DNA of 64,000 bases from Opitutales bacterium (GTDB lineage Bacteria > Verrucomicrobiota > Verrucomicrobiia > Opitutales > JBHJGM01), in contig JBHJGM010000016.1 in NCBI GenBank assembly GCA_050331815.1, positions 65,653 through 129,652 of the forward strand, written 5' to 3'. Below, piece by piece: positions 1-8,691 of this stretch (within the stretch, counting starts at the first letter, position 1; each line of letters opens with the position of its first letter). A program made the translations under genes and the position numbers. Under the pieces are notes generated by a model, which worked only from the letters and a program-made list of their open reading frames with translations, did not search any database and was not told the DNA's origin.

Positions 1-1002
1 CAGGTCCGTGGTGCCGGCTCCGTAACCGCTCAGAGGTGCATCCCCAAAAGCGTGCCAGCCGGTGGTCAGGTAACTCAGGCGCATCCGGTCGGTCCCGAGC
101 AGTTCGCCGCTGAAAAGACTTGCCGCCATTGCCTGCAAACGCGGCGAAACCAGCAGCACCGCAGCCGCGCCCACGACCGCCACCAGCAACCCGCCAAACC
201 GCCGCCTCCGAATCCACGGGATGCCTTCACAGGCCGCAAAAACAACCACGATCGCCAGGCCCAGCAGCGCTCCGCGGCTTTGGCTCGAAAGGATCAGGGC
301 GATTCCCGCAAAGATTCCCAGACCGCCCAGAAGCCAGCCGGCTCGGTTGCGTGAAGTCTCCCACGTCCAGACAACCGCCACCGACAGTAAAAGTAGCCCA
401 AACAGACCCGTCTGGCTGGCGTGCCCAAAAGGGGCCGCGTTGCGGGGCGGACCTGATTCGGTCAACAACGGCAACCAGCGAAGCAGTGAGGCCGCCGCCA
501 CCGCCAAACCAATGCCCAGCAATAGACCCAGAAGCCCGCGACGGTGCGCCGAAGGCTGCGCCGCATCGTTACCCCCGTGCGTGAAGCGCCAAGTCAAAAA
601 CCCTACCGCCACCGCCAGCAAAGGCCCGAGTGCGCCCAGCACCGCCCGCGTGGGAAATGCTGAAGTGAACAGGCCCTGCGTGTAGCCGAGAATCCAGAAC
701 AGGCTGCCCAGACCAACCCACCGCGACAACTGGCCACCTCCCCGAGGGCTCATCGCAAAGGACAGCAGCGCCAGCCAAATGAGCGCATGACCCAAGCCCA
801 GGTGCCAGGCCGTGTGCGGCCACAGGTACAGGCGGGTGCTGCTCTGCGGAAACAGCGCCAGCCCGCAGATCCCTAGCAGAAGGGCGGCGAACAAGCCGTA
901 GTGAGCCCACGCCAGGGCCTCCGGCTGAGGGACACGCGGTGTCGCTTCGACCGCAGGCAAGCGTTCCAGATGACGGACCGGCGGATGGGTCGACGCCTTC
1001 AT
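1..1002 (-). CDS. O-antigen ligase / O-antigen polymerase (Wzy_C-type) family membrane protein; C-terminus lies outside the window
   Basis: Absent from the ORF track because it runs off the left edge. My reverse-strand translation from the ATG at 1002..1000 gives MKASTHPPVRHLERLPAVE... and stays open to position 1. It has many hydrophobic segments. The stretch SSQSRGALLGLAIVVVF preceded by GHASQTGLFGLLLLS resembles the O-antigen-ligase core. Confidence 0.55.
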   Translation of the reverse strand, partial: MKASTHPPVRHLERLPAVEATPRVPQPEALAWAHYGLFAALLLGICGLALFPQSSTRLYLWPHTAWHLGLGHALIWLALLSFAMSPRGGGQLSRWVGLGSLFWILGYTQGLFTSAFPTRAVLGALGPLLAVAVGFLTWRFTHGGNDAAQPSAHRRGLLGLLLGIGLAVAAASLLRWLPLLTESGPPRNAAPFGHASQTGLFGLLLLSVAVVWTWETSRNRAGWLLGGLGIFAGIALILSSQSRGALLGLAIVVVFAACEGIPWIRRRRFGGLLVAVVGAAAVLLVSPRLQAMAASLFSGELLGTDRMRLSYLTTGWHAFGDAPLSGYGAGTTDL

Positions 1003-1197
1003 GACAATCGCCTGGGCTGCTGGTCTGTGGGCACCCCCCTACCATCGACAGCCACGGTATTCGCTTTATCGGCTGGCCGCCCAAAAAGAATTGGACAGCA
1101 CCCGAGCAGATGAGAAAATTTGCCTGCGGTGGGAACGTCCGACTATCCACCCTTGACCGTACAGCTCTCACCTGCATCCAAGCCTTAGCGAATCACC

Positions 1198-1431
1198 ATG
1201 GGACAAGTCTTCTTCATCATTAAGTTTTGCGGCGTTGTCATCCCGCTACTGGTTGCGCTCGCCGTGGTCTTTTTCCCAATGTCAAAAATGCGCGTGGGCG
1301 TTCAGAAGCTCGGGGGCCTCAACGGCGTCGAAATTCCGATCACCCTGATTGTCTTCATCAAGGCGATGACGCTCATCGTCTGCCTGGCTTTCTCTGCCTT
1401 TTGCGCGAAATTCTTCTTTAACTGGATCTAG
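1198..1431 (+). CDS. small hydrophobic membrane protein (77 aa), hypothetical
   Basis: ATG-started ORF in a locally lower-GC stretch. The protein has two clear hydrophobic spans (FFIIKFCGVVIPLLVALAVVFF; LIVFIKAMTLIVCLAFSAF). Its composition differs from the Arg/Ala-rich shadow ORFs around it. Confidence 0.4.
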   Translation: MGQVFFIIKFCGVVIPLLVALAVVFFPMSKMRVGVQKLGGLNGVEIPITLIVFIKAMTLIVCLAFSAFCAKFFFNWI

Positions 1432-1955
1432 GTGGCTGAGGCCCGAGCGGCCGCTCGGGCGAAAAGCCAGAGATAATCCGAGAAGCGGTTCAGGCAGGCC
1501 TTCGTTTCCGGGCGCACCTCTTTGGCCAGCTGCGCCCACAGCTGCGCCTCGGCCCGCCGGACCACCGTCCGCGCCACGTCGACCAGCGCCGGGCCCGGAG
1601 GCAGGTCGACAATCCATTCATCAAAGGCCAGCTCCGGCCCTTCCAACGCGGCACAGGCCTGATCGAGGGAAGCCAGATCCTCGGAACTCACCAGCTTGCC
1701 CTTGGCCTCCAGCGCGGGCCAATGCGCCGGCAAACACGCCAGTTCCGCCGAAAGCTGGATCAGCAAACGCTGGCGCGACTTGAGTGTTTCGGCCCAAGTC
1801 TGTGCCAACTGCGCGCGGGCGGCGGTCAGCAACGCGCCGGCCTCATCCAGCGCCCCGTACACACAGACGCGTGGATGGCCCTTGAACACCTGCTCGCCAA
1901 ATAACAGCCGTGTCGTCCCGCTATCGCCTTTACGCGTCACAATGGATCCAGCCAT
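1428..1955 (-). CDS. ATP:cob(I)alamin adenosyltransferase, PduO type
   Basis: N-terminal MAGSIVTRKGDSGTTRLLFGEQV...VYGALDEAGALL matches the PduO-type motif (TRxGDxGxT...YGxxDE). The ATG at 1955..1953 is preferred over the upstream GVG at 2006 that the track uses. Confidence 0.8.
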   Translation of the reverse strand: MAGSIVTRKGDSGTTRLLFGEQVFKGHPRVCVYGALDEAGALLTAARAQLAQTWAETLKSRQRLLIQLSAELACLPAHWPALEAKGKLVSSEDLASLDQACAALEGPELAFDEWIVDLPPGPALVDVARTVVRRAEAQLWAQLAKEVRPETKACLNRFSDYLWLFARAAARASAT

Positions 1956-2006
1956 GGCTGCAAGCTGCCGGACTCCGCCCCGCCTGGCAAGGATGTGCGC
2001 TACCAC

Positions 2007-3341
2007 CTACGTGCGGTCGAACTGCCGCTCGATAGCCGGCCAGTCCGGCTTGCCTGCCGCGGTCCGGGGTATGGCGTCGACCCAAAGCGCATGCTTCGGG
2101 CGCTCGGCCGGGGCCAGGTGCGGGCTCAGGGCCTCCCGCAGGGCAGACAAGTCCATCGCCGCCGCCTCAGGATACGCCACCAGCAGGGCCGCGACCACGG
2201 CACCCCACTCCGAATCCGCCAGACCCAGCACCACGCAATCCGCAGCCAGCTTCGCCTCCAGAATGGCCGCCTCAACCCGCGCGGCGTCCACTTTTTCGCC
2301 ACCGCTGTTCAAAATGCGGTCCGCACGCCCAAGCAACCGAAGTCGGCCAGCTGTGGTCAGTACCCCGCGATCGTTGGTTACGAAGCGCTCACGGGGGCGC
2401 GGCATTTCCGGATAGTAACCCAAAAAGAGTGACTCCGCCGAGACCACCACACGCTCGTTTTTAACGTCGATCTGCGCGTGTGGGAGGGCTTCGAGCGTGA
2501 GGCCTTCTTTTTCCAGAAACGCATCCGGACGTTGCGCGGCCACCATCGAAGCGGTCTCGGTCATGCCATACACGGGACTTAGCGGCAGACGCGCCTCCCG
2601 CGCTTGAGCGAGCAAAGTGTCGCTGGCTGGTCCGCCCCCCAGAAAAATCAGCGAGCACTTGCGCAGCGCGGGCACCGCCTGGGGCCGTTGCAGCAGTCGG
2701 GTCAGTTGCGTAGGCACCAGTGAAAGCGTGCCCGCTGGGATCGTCGTAGCCGTCAGGGAGGCGACCGGGTCTACCGGATCGCCCAGCATCAGTTCGCCGC
2801 CGGTCGTCAGCGCCCGCACCGCCTGCATCAAACCGCTGACGTGATGCAGCGGCAACAGACAGTGCCCGTGCAGTTGGCCCTGGGCAAAGAAACGCGCGGT
2901 TGCCTCGGCCGAAGCCCGCAGCGTCTCCCAGCGGTGCAGGGCAAACTTAACCCGGCCTCCGGTTCCGCCGGTCGGGATGCCGACGCAGCCATTGAAGCCG
3001 ATCCGCTCGGGCCCTGGCGGCGGATGAAAGGGGATGGGGCTGTCGGAGAGGGTCAACCCCGGTGCAAGCAGCTCCTCGACCTCCGCCCACTGCCGCCGTC
3101 CCCATTTCGGATCGGCCAGAAAAACCGGCACCTCTTCCATGAGCGCCGCCAGCCACGCTGCCAGAAACCGCGCCCGGTCCTCGAAGCAGAGCAGCACGCC
3201 ATCGCCGAGACCCTCTTCGCGCGCTTCGGCAATCTGTTGCGTAGCCTGGGTGAGCGCACCCCGCAAATCGACCGGCCCCTCGACATCGAAAAGCCAGGGC
3301 CGTTTCAACAGGTCGGGCAGCTCGCTTAAAGTCGGTCCCAC
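2007..3341 (-). CDS. menE: o-succinylbenzoate-CoA ligase-like AMP-binding enzyme
   Basis: Adenylate-forming enzyme features are present: the PTGGTGGRVKF P-loop-like motif and YGMTE. The C-terminal GKPD lysine motif is also present. It overlaps menC by 16 nt, which supports a men operon. Confidence 0.7.
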   Translation of the reverse strand: MGPTLSELPDLLKRPWLFDVEGPVDLRGALTQATQQIAEAREEGLGDGVLLCFEDRARFLAAWLAALMEEVPVFLADPKWGRRQWAEVEELLAPGLTLSDSPIPFHPPPGPERIGFNGCVGIPTGGTGGRVKFALHRWETLRASAEATARFFAQGQLHGHCLLPLHHVSGLMQAVRALTTGGELMLGDPVDPVASLTATTIPAGTLSLVPTQLTRLLQRPQAVPALRKCSLIFLGGGPASDTLLAQAREARLPLSPVYGMTETASMVAAQRPDAFLEKEGLTLEALPHAQIDVKNERVVVSAESLFLGYYPEMPRPRERFVTNDRGVLTTAGRLRLLGRADRILNSGGEKVDAARVEAAILEAKLAADCVVLGLADSEWGAVVAALLVAYPEAAAMDLSALREALSPHLAPAERPKHALWVDAIPRTAAGKPDWPAIERQFDRT

Positions 3342-4360
3342 AGCGCTTCAAACTCGTCTGGCCCGTAGCCCGAGGCCTGCAACAGCGGTCCTGGCTCGTG
3401 CACGGAAAACCCATCGTCGGGCGGAAAATACTCGAGCGTGCCAAAGCCCGCCGGTTCGCGTTCGCGGGTGTCGCTGGCGGCCAGGCGCAACACCGCCTCG
3501 AAACCTACGGAGGTCTCGAAGGCCGAGGAGTACACAATCCGGCAAATGCGGGTGGCCCGCCAGGCCCGGAAAAGTGTGATCGGGCCGAGCAAGGCCGGCT
3601 TGATGATCAACGGCCCGGTCCAGCCCCCGGTGGTTAGTTGCCGGATTTGCGTGAACCGCGTGGCCGATTCGTCCAGGGCGATCGGCGTGGCGTAGTACCG
3701 CGAAAGATCCTTCATGGCCGCCTCCTGACCTACCGGCAGGGGCTGCTCCAGGTAATCGACCGGCAATTCATCCAGCACCCGCAGCCAGCGCATAGCCTCG
3801 CTGGTGGAAAAGCAGGCGTTGGCATCGATGCGTAGCCGTCCCGCCGCCGGCAACTTCGCGGCCAGGGCTTGGCAGATTTCGATCTCCCGGTCGGTCGGCC
3901 CGGTGCCCACCTTCCACTTAAAGGAGATGAAGCCGCGTTCCAGCAGGGCGTCCATGCGTGGCAAAGCCGCCTCACCCGCCGGCAGCAAGCCCGCCACAGG
4001 CAGTGCCTGACCGCCCTCGAAACTGTCGCGAGCCCGGTCGCGGCCACGCGCCATTTCGAGCGCGCACTCCAGCGCAAAGCGCGTACAGGCCAACCGATCC
4101 GGCACCCCGGTGATTTCCGACAAGCCGATCGAACCGCGATAATTCTTTAAAAAAACTTCGGCCACGTGCAGGGACTCGGTGCCGAAGGACGGCAGGGGCG
4201 CGACCTCGCCAAAACCAATGCCGGGGCCGCCATCGGCCATGGGCTGTTCGGCCTGCAGGCGCACCAGAATGCCCTCGCGTTCGGTCCATTCGCCCGAGGG
4301 CAGACTCAGGGGCGCTTTGAAGGGGCGGCGGTACTTTTTGAACTGCAGACGGAAACTCAT
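3326..4360 (-). CDS. menC: o-succinylbenzoate synthase (enolase superfamily)
   Basis: Enolase-superfamily pattern: FKWKVG, RLRIDANACFS, YLEQPLP, IALDES. The start is set at MSFRLQFKKYRRPF (ATG 4360..4358). The track's 88-aa N-terminal extension is Arg/Ala-rich and overlaps the neighbouring gene. Confidence 0.8.
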   Translation of the reverse strand: MSFRLQFKKYRRPFKAPLSLPSGEWTEREGILVRLQAEQPMADGGPGIGFGEVAPLPSFGTESLHVAEVFLKNYRGSIGLSEITGVPDRLACTRFALECALEMARGRDRARDSFEGGQALPVAGLLPAGEAALPRMDALLERGFISFKWKVGTGPTDREIEICQALAAKLPAAGRLRIDANACFSTSEAMRWLRVLDELPVDYLEQPLPVGQEAAMKDLSRYYATPIALDESATRFTQIRQLTTGGWTGPLIIKPALLGPITLFRAWRATRICRIVYSSAFETSVGFEAVLRLAASDTREREPAGFGTLEYFPPDDGFSVHEPGPLLQASGYGPDEFEALWDRL

Positions 4361-4431
4361 CGGGCCTCGGGCAAAAGCATCGGCTATCGGCAAATCGGGT
4401 CGAGGTAAAGCCTCAGCCCGCGCCCAAGGCT

Positions 4432-5478
4432 TCAGGCAGGCGCGTTGCCCCGACGCAGCGTGTGCAGCGTGACCTCCGGCGGGCAATTGAATCGCAGCGG
4501 GGCCCCGCAGCCGCCGGTACCGCGCGAGGTGTAACCCACCAGGCTGCGCCACTTCCAGGCTCCGCGCGAAAGAGCCCGTGGCGCTTTCGAGTGCGTGAAC
4601 ACCGGCACGCCACCTGGCAGACAAATCTGCCCGCCATGGGTGTGCCCGCTGAGCATCCAGTCAAAATTCGCGGCGGCCGCTGCACGATAAGTGTCTGGCG
4701 AGTGCGAGAGCAAAATCGAGCACGCCTCCTGCGGAATCATGGCCCGCGCCTTTTGGATGTCCCAAGTCTTGTAAAAAGCCGCGTCATCGATGCCGGACAA
4801 AAAAATTCGCTCCCCGCCGCGTTCGATTTCGACGGTCTCGTTGAGCAGCATGCGGATGCCCATGTCCTCCAGCTGAAAAGTCTTCTCGATGAAGTCATGG
4901 TTGCCCAGCGTGCCATACACCGGCGGCTTGAGGTGCGCGGCGATGCGGCGCATCTGCGCCATCGCTTCAGCGTAGGAACGGCGGGTGCAATTGCGGTAGT
5001 CGCCGGTGATCACGCACAGGTCGTACTTCAGCTGGCTGACAAGCTGCCCGACGATCTCTGCCAGTTCGGTGTCGTTGTCGGCGTGCAGATCGCTCAGGTG
5101 GAGCACGCGAAAGCCCTCGAAAGCTGAAGGCAGGTTGCGCAGGTAGACCAGGTTGTGCTCCAGGCCGAGATCGAGAAAGTTGTAGCGGCCCTGTTCGTAC
5201 TTACCCAGCAGCCAGAAGACTCCCGAAGCCACTGCGTGGATGTTGAGGTAGCGCGTCAGCAAGGCAATTGGGCTGCCACCCTGGTGCTCTTTGTTGTCGC
5301 GGTGACGCTGCTGGCGCAAGCGACGCACCTGCAAATGCTCCGGTCCCAAACGGCGTGCCAGTTCCGCCCACTGAGTTTCAGTCAAAGGGGCGTCCGCTTC
5401 GGCAGATGCATCGCTCGTCTGCGTTTTGGTCTCGGTGGTGGACATCAAGGGAGGTGCTGAAACTCGTGGCCGATTCAA
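4432..5478 (-). CDS. membrane-associated metallophosphoesterase (YkuE/YaeI-like)
   Basis: Calcineurin-like phosphoesterase motifs are present: LHLSDLHAD, ITGDY, LGNHD, SHSPD, SGHTHGGQ. One hydrophobic segment lies upstream of the catalytic domain. Confidence 0.8.
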   Translation of the reverse strand: MNRPRVSAPPLMSTTETKTQTSDASAEADAPLTETQWAELARRLGPEHLQVRRLRQQRHRDNKEHQGGSPIALLTRYLNIHAVASGVFWLLGKYEQGRYNFLDLGLEHNLVYLRNLPSAFEGFRVLHLSDLHADNDTELAEIVGQLVSQLKYDLCVITGDYRNCTRRSYAEAMAQMRRIAAHLKPPVYGTLGNHDFIEKTFQLEDMGIRMLLNETVEIERGGERIFLSGIDDAAFYKTWDIQKARAMIPQEACSILLSHSPDTYRAAAAANFDWMLSGHTHGGQICLPGGVPVFTHSKAPRALSRGAWKWRSLVGYTSRGTGGCGAPLRFNCPPEVTLHTLRRGNAPA

Positions 5479-5561
5479 TTACTAACACCTTATCGGATGC
5501 ACGCAAACGGTTCCCTTCCCGGACTTGTGCCAAAGGCCGTCCAGGCCTTATCATTCCAGCC

Positions 5562-6710
5562 ATGGAATCTCCCCTGAACTTCGAGGAAGCTTCGCGCGCG
5601 CAGGCCTTCGATTCCGTGGAAAACGCGATCGCCGACATTGCCGCCGGTAAGCTCGTCATCGTGACCGATGACGTCTCCCGCGAGAACGAAGGTGATCTGG
5701 TGATGGCCGCCGCCAAAGTCACCCCCGAGGCGGTCAATATGATGATACGACATGCACGGGGCCTAATTTGCGCCCCCACCGTGGCTCATCAACTGCGCCG
5801 CCTCGGCATCAACCAGATGGTTCATGACAATCGCGAGGCCCAGCAGACCGATTTCTCTATCTCCGTCGATGCCGCCGAGGGTATCACCACGGGTATCTCC
5901 GCCTACGACCGAGCCGCCACCCTGCGCATTCTGGCCGATCCCGACGCCACCCCCGAGCAGCTTGTCCAGCCCGGCCACATCTTTCCGCTCAAGGCCAAGG
6001 CCGGTGGCGTTCTCGAGCGCGCCGGTCACACTGAGGCTGCCGTCGATCTGGCCAGCCTGGCCGGTCTGCACCCCAGCGGTGTCATCTGCGAAATCCTCAA
6101 GGAAGACGGCTCGATGGCCCGTCTGCCCGACCTCATCGAATTTAAGAACGCGCACGGTCTGCGCCTCATCTCGATCGCTGCACTCATCGAGTACCGTCAT
6201 CGCCGCGAAAAGCTCGTTGAATGCCTGACCACGCGCCCCTTCGAATGCGAGTGGGGCACCTTCAACCTGCATCTGTTCCGCAGTATCCTCGACGGGCGCC
6301 AGCACATCGCCCTGACCCTCGGCGACCTCGACAGCCGCCCAACCCTGGTGCGCGTCCATAGCGAAAACCTCCTCACCGACATTTTTCGCGCGCGCGCGAT
6401 GGGCTCCGGCTCCAATCTCGACACCGCGCTGACCCGCGTCGCCGAAGCCGGCCACGGCGTGATCCTCTACATCGGTCAGCCCAACATGGGCGTGCGCCTC
6501 AATGCGGAACCCTCCGAGGAAAATCCCGAGATCGCTCCGGCCAAGATGGACTTTCGCGATTACGGCATCGGTGCGCAGATCCTGGCCGACCTGGGCCTGC
6601 AGCAAATCCGCCTCCTGTCCTCTTCACGTCGGCGCGTCGTGGCCCTCGAAGGCTATGGACTGGAAATCGTCGAGCACGTGCCCCTCGCCGCCGACGACGT
6701 ATCCAGCTGA
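5562..6710 (+). CDS. ribB: 3,4-dihydroxy-2-butanone-4-phosphate synthase fused to a degenerate GTP cyclohydrolase II-like domain
   Basis: The N-terminal half carries RibB motifs (VIVTDDVSRENEGDLVMAA, GLICAP, GHIFPL, RAGHTEA). The C-terminal half aligns to RibA but lacks the zinc-binding cysteines (VHSENLLTDIFRARAMGSG). The start is set at MESPLNF (ATG 5562); the track's upstream extension looks spurious. Confidence 0.85.
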   Translation: MESPLNFEEASRAQAFDSVENAIADIAAGKLVIVTDDVSRENEGDLVMAAAKVTPEAVNMMIRHARGLICAPTVAHQLRRLGINQMVHDNREAQQTDFSISVDAAEGITTGISAYDRAATLRILADPDATPEQLVQPGHIFPLKAKAGGVLERAGHTEAAVDLASLAGLHPSGVICEILKEDGSMARLPDLIEFKNAHGLRLISIAALIEYRHRREKLVECLTTRPFECEWGTFNLHLFRSILDGRQHIALTLGDLDSRPTLVRVHSENLLTDIFRARAMGSGSNLDTALTRVAEAGHGVILYIGQPNMGVRLNAEPSEENPEIAPAKMDFRDYGIGAQILADLGLQQIRLLSSSRRRVVALEGYGLEIVEHVPLAADDVSS

Positions 6711-6721
6711 GCTCCCTTTTT

Positions 6722-7273
6722 ATGCCCCCTCCCCTGCGCATTGAACGCCAACCACCCGAACAACTATCGCCTGAAATTCAGGCCCAGGTTGCTGCGGTGA
6801 CCGCCGCCACCTGGCCGGGGCCACATCCGGATATGCTGGAGATGGCTCGGGATTCTGCCCCGGGCGATGATCGCCGCCACCTGCGTTTCATCGGCTGGCT
6901 CGAGGAACGAGTGGCCTGTACCGCACTGATTTTTGAACGCACGATACGTGCCGGTGAAACAGCGCTGCCCATCACCGCGCTGGCAGGGGTGTGCACGCAT
7001 CCGGATCTGCGCGGGCAAGGCCACGGGCTCACCATGATGGGCGAGGTTTTTGCCGAAATGGACGCCGGACGCTATCCGGTCTGCCTGTATCAGACCGACG
7101 TTCCCGGTTTTTACGAAAAGCTCGGGGCCCGCCAGGTACAGAGCACCTTCATCAACTCGCGCAACGCCAGCCAGCCACAACGCAATCCCTTCTGGAGCCA
7201 GATTCAGATGATTTATCCAGGCAACGGCCCCTGGCCCGAGGCCCCCATCGATCTCTGCGGGCCCGGCTACTGA
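6722..7273 (+). CDS. GNAT family N-acetyltransferase
   Basis: The acetyl-CoA-binding motif VCTHPDLRGQGHGLTMM (Q/RxxGxG/A) is present, and the length is typical. Confidence 0.75.
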   Translation: MPPPLRIERQPPEQLSPEIQAQVAAVTAATWPGPHPDMLEMARDSAPGDDRRHLRFIGWLEERVACTALIFERTIRAGETALPITALAGVCTHPDLRGQGHGLTMMGEVFAEMDAGRYPVCLYQTDVPGFYEKLGARQVQSTFINSRNASQPQRNPFWSQIQMIYPGNGPWPEAPIDLCGPGY

Positions 7274-7364
7274 CAACCGCCGCAGTTCCCGGCAAAAACC
7301 ATGGTTGCGGCGCATTGGGCGCTGTGGCATCCTGGGCGGCTTCAGTCATCAAAATTATTTCTGC

Positions 7365-7931
7365 ATGAGCGACGGTAAACCCGATTACGGCGATCTCAAC
7401 GGCAGCGATCTCGTCCTGGGTATCGTGGCCGCCAGCTTTAACGGCGAACTCGTCGAAGGCCTGCTCTCGCGTGTGCGCCTGCAACTGCGTGAGTACAGCG
7501 TCGCGCCTGACAACATCGACGTGCGCCGCGTGCCCGGCTCAGCGGAACTCCCCTACGCCGCCAACATGCTCGCCACCAGCGGCGAGTACGACTGCATCAT
7601 CGCCCTGGGTGTGGTGGTGGCAGGCGACACGCCGCACCACATGATCATTGCGCAAAGCACCGCCAGCGCCCTGCAGTCCATCGCGCTGAGCACGCAGGTG
7701 CCCACCATCAACGGCATCATCGTCACCGAAAACAAGGCACAGGCCCGCGCCCGCACCCTTGGCGAAATCGACCGCGGGACCGAGTTTGCGACCGCCGCCG
7801 TAGCCATGGGCCGCGAAAAGCTCGACCTGTGCGAATTTCTCGAACGGCTGGATGCCGAGGACCTCGAACGCTCGGGCCGCAACCCCGACGAGGACGACTT
7901 CTCCTCGGGCAACCCGTTTAAAAACAACTAG
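7365..7931 (+). CDS. ribH: 6,7-dimethyl-8-ribityllumazine synthase with an acidic C-terminal tail
   Basis: Motifs LGIVAASFNGELVEGLL, VPGSAELP, ALGVVVAGDTPHH and INGIIVTEN are present. The start is set at MSDGKPDYG (ATG 7365). Confidence 0.9.
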   Translation: MSDGKPDYGDLNGSDLVLGIVAASFNGELVEGLLSRVRLQLREYSVAPDNIDVRRVPGSAELPYAANMLATSGEYDCIIALGVVVAGDTPHHMIIAQSTASALQSIALSTQVPTINGIIVTENKAQARARTLGEIDRGTEFATAAVAMGREKLDLCEFLERLDAEDLERSGRNPDEDDFSSGNPFKNN

Positions 7932-7947
7932 GGACTGCCTCCCTCCC

Positions 7948-8454
7948 ATGGCTGACTCTCCCGCCAGTCCCGGCCCTGTCGGCGACGCCGACGATGCGCC
8001 CGAGCGCCCACCCAATCAGCGTCGGGCCAACCGCGTCGCAGCCATGCAGTTTCTCTACATGGCCGACATCAACCCATCCGCCGACGCGGACCACGGCTTG
8101 CAGACCTCGCTGCGCGAATTCTTCGAACACCGCGACCATCCGCGCGAATACTACGCCTTTGGCGAGGAGCTCGCGCACGAAGCCTACCGTCTGCGTGACG
8201 AAGCCGACACCATCGTCGGCAAACACGCCAGCAACTGGCGGCTGGAACGCATCGCCCGCGTGGACCTGGCGATCCTGCGGCTCGCCATCTACGAGTTGCA
8301 CCACCGCCGCGACATCCCGCCCATCGTCACCATCAACGAAGCCATCGACCTGGCCAAGGCCTTCTCCACCCCTGACGCCAAACGCTTCGTCAACGGCATC
8401 CTCGACCGGCTCAAAACCACCCTCGACCGCCCCCTGCGTACCCCGGCCATTTAA
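7948..8454 (+). CDS. nusB: transcription antitermination factor NusB
   Basis: RRANRVAAMQFLY...W.LERIARVDLAILRLAIYEL...PPIVTINEAIDLAKAFS...FVNGILDRL matches NusB. It sits in the classical ribH-nusB order. The start is set at MADSPAS (ATG 7948). Confidence 0.9.
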   Translation: MADSPASPGPVGDADDAPERPPNQRRANRVAAMQFLYMADINPSADADHGLQTSLREFFEHRDHPREYYAFGEELAHEAYRLRDEADTIVGKHASNWRLERIARVDLAILRLAIYELHHRRDIPPIVTINEAIDLAKAFSTPDAKRFVNGILDRLKTTLDRPLRTPAI

Positions 8455-8462
8455 AGGTAAGC

Positions 8463-8646
8463 AACCACAAATAATTTCGAATAGACACAAATCATACAGA
8501 AACGAGGTATTTTGAGTTGAAGCAAAAGGTCCTGCGCGTGGTAATCCACCGGGCACGAAAATTTAGATGAGCTAGAGAAAACACTTCGGCAGAAAAACCG
8601 ATTTTATCACCAACTCATTCATGATTATTTGTGTCCATTCGTGGTT
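8463..8646. repeat. AT-rich element bounded by imperfect inverted repeats (MITE-like or structured RNA)
   Basis: The left arm CGAATAGACACAAATCAT (8478..8495) pairs with the right arm ATGATTATTTGTGTCCATTCG (8621..8641), with one mismatch and a 3-nt bulge. An outer pair AACCAC (8463..8468) / GTGGTT (8641..8646) adds to it. The interior is far more AT-rich than the surroundings. Confidence 0.4.
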
Positions 8647-8691
8647 CCAATCCAAACGCCTTGTCCTCGTGTTAAAACCTAAACATTTGCG

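Noticed and set aside
5479-5561. Possible FMN (RFN) riboswitch upstream of ribB
   Set aside because: The spacer is only ~83-116 nt, depending on the divergent gene's start. It lacks the conserved RFN core blocks I can recall (GGGGCAGGGTGAAATTCCC...CCGACAGT).
5268-5561. Track extensions using alternative start codons for ribB (5268), menC (4624), ribH (7305), nusB (7852), DUF2237 (26085) and ADP-ribosylglycohydrolase (25718)
   Set aside because: The extended N-termini are low-complexity Arg/Ala/Pro sequence that overlaps neighbouring genes. In each case an internal ATG sits where the homologous family's N-terminus normally begins.
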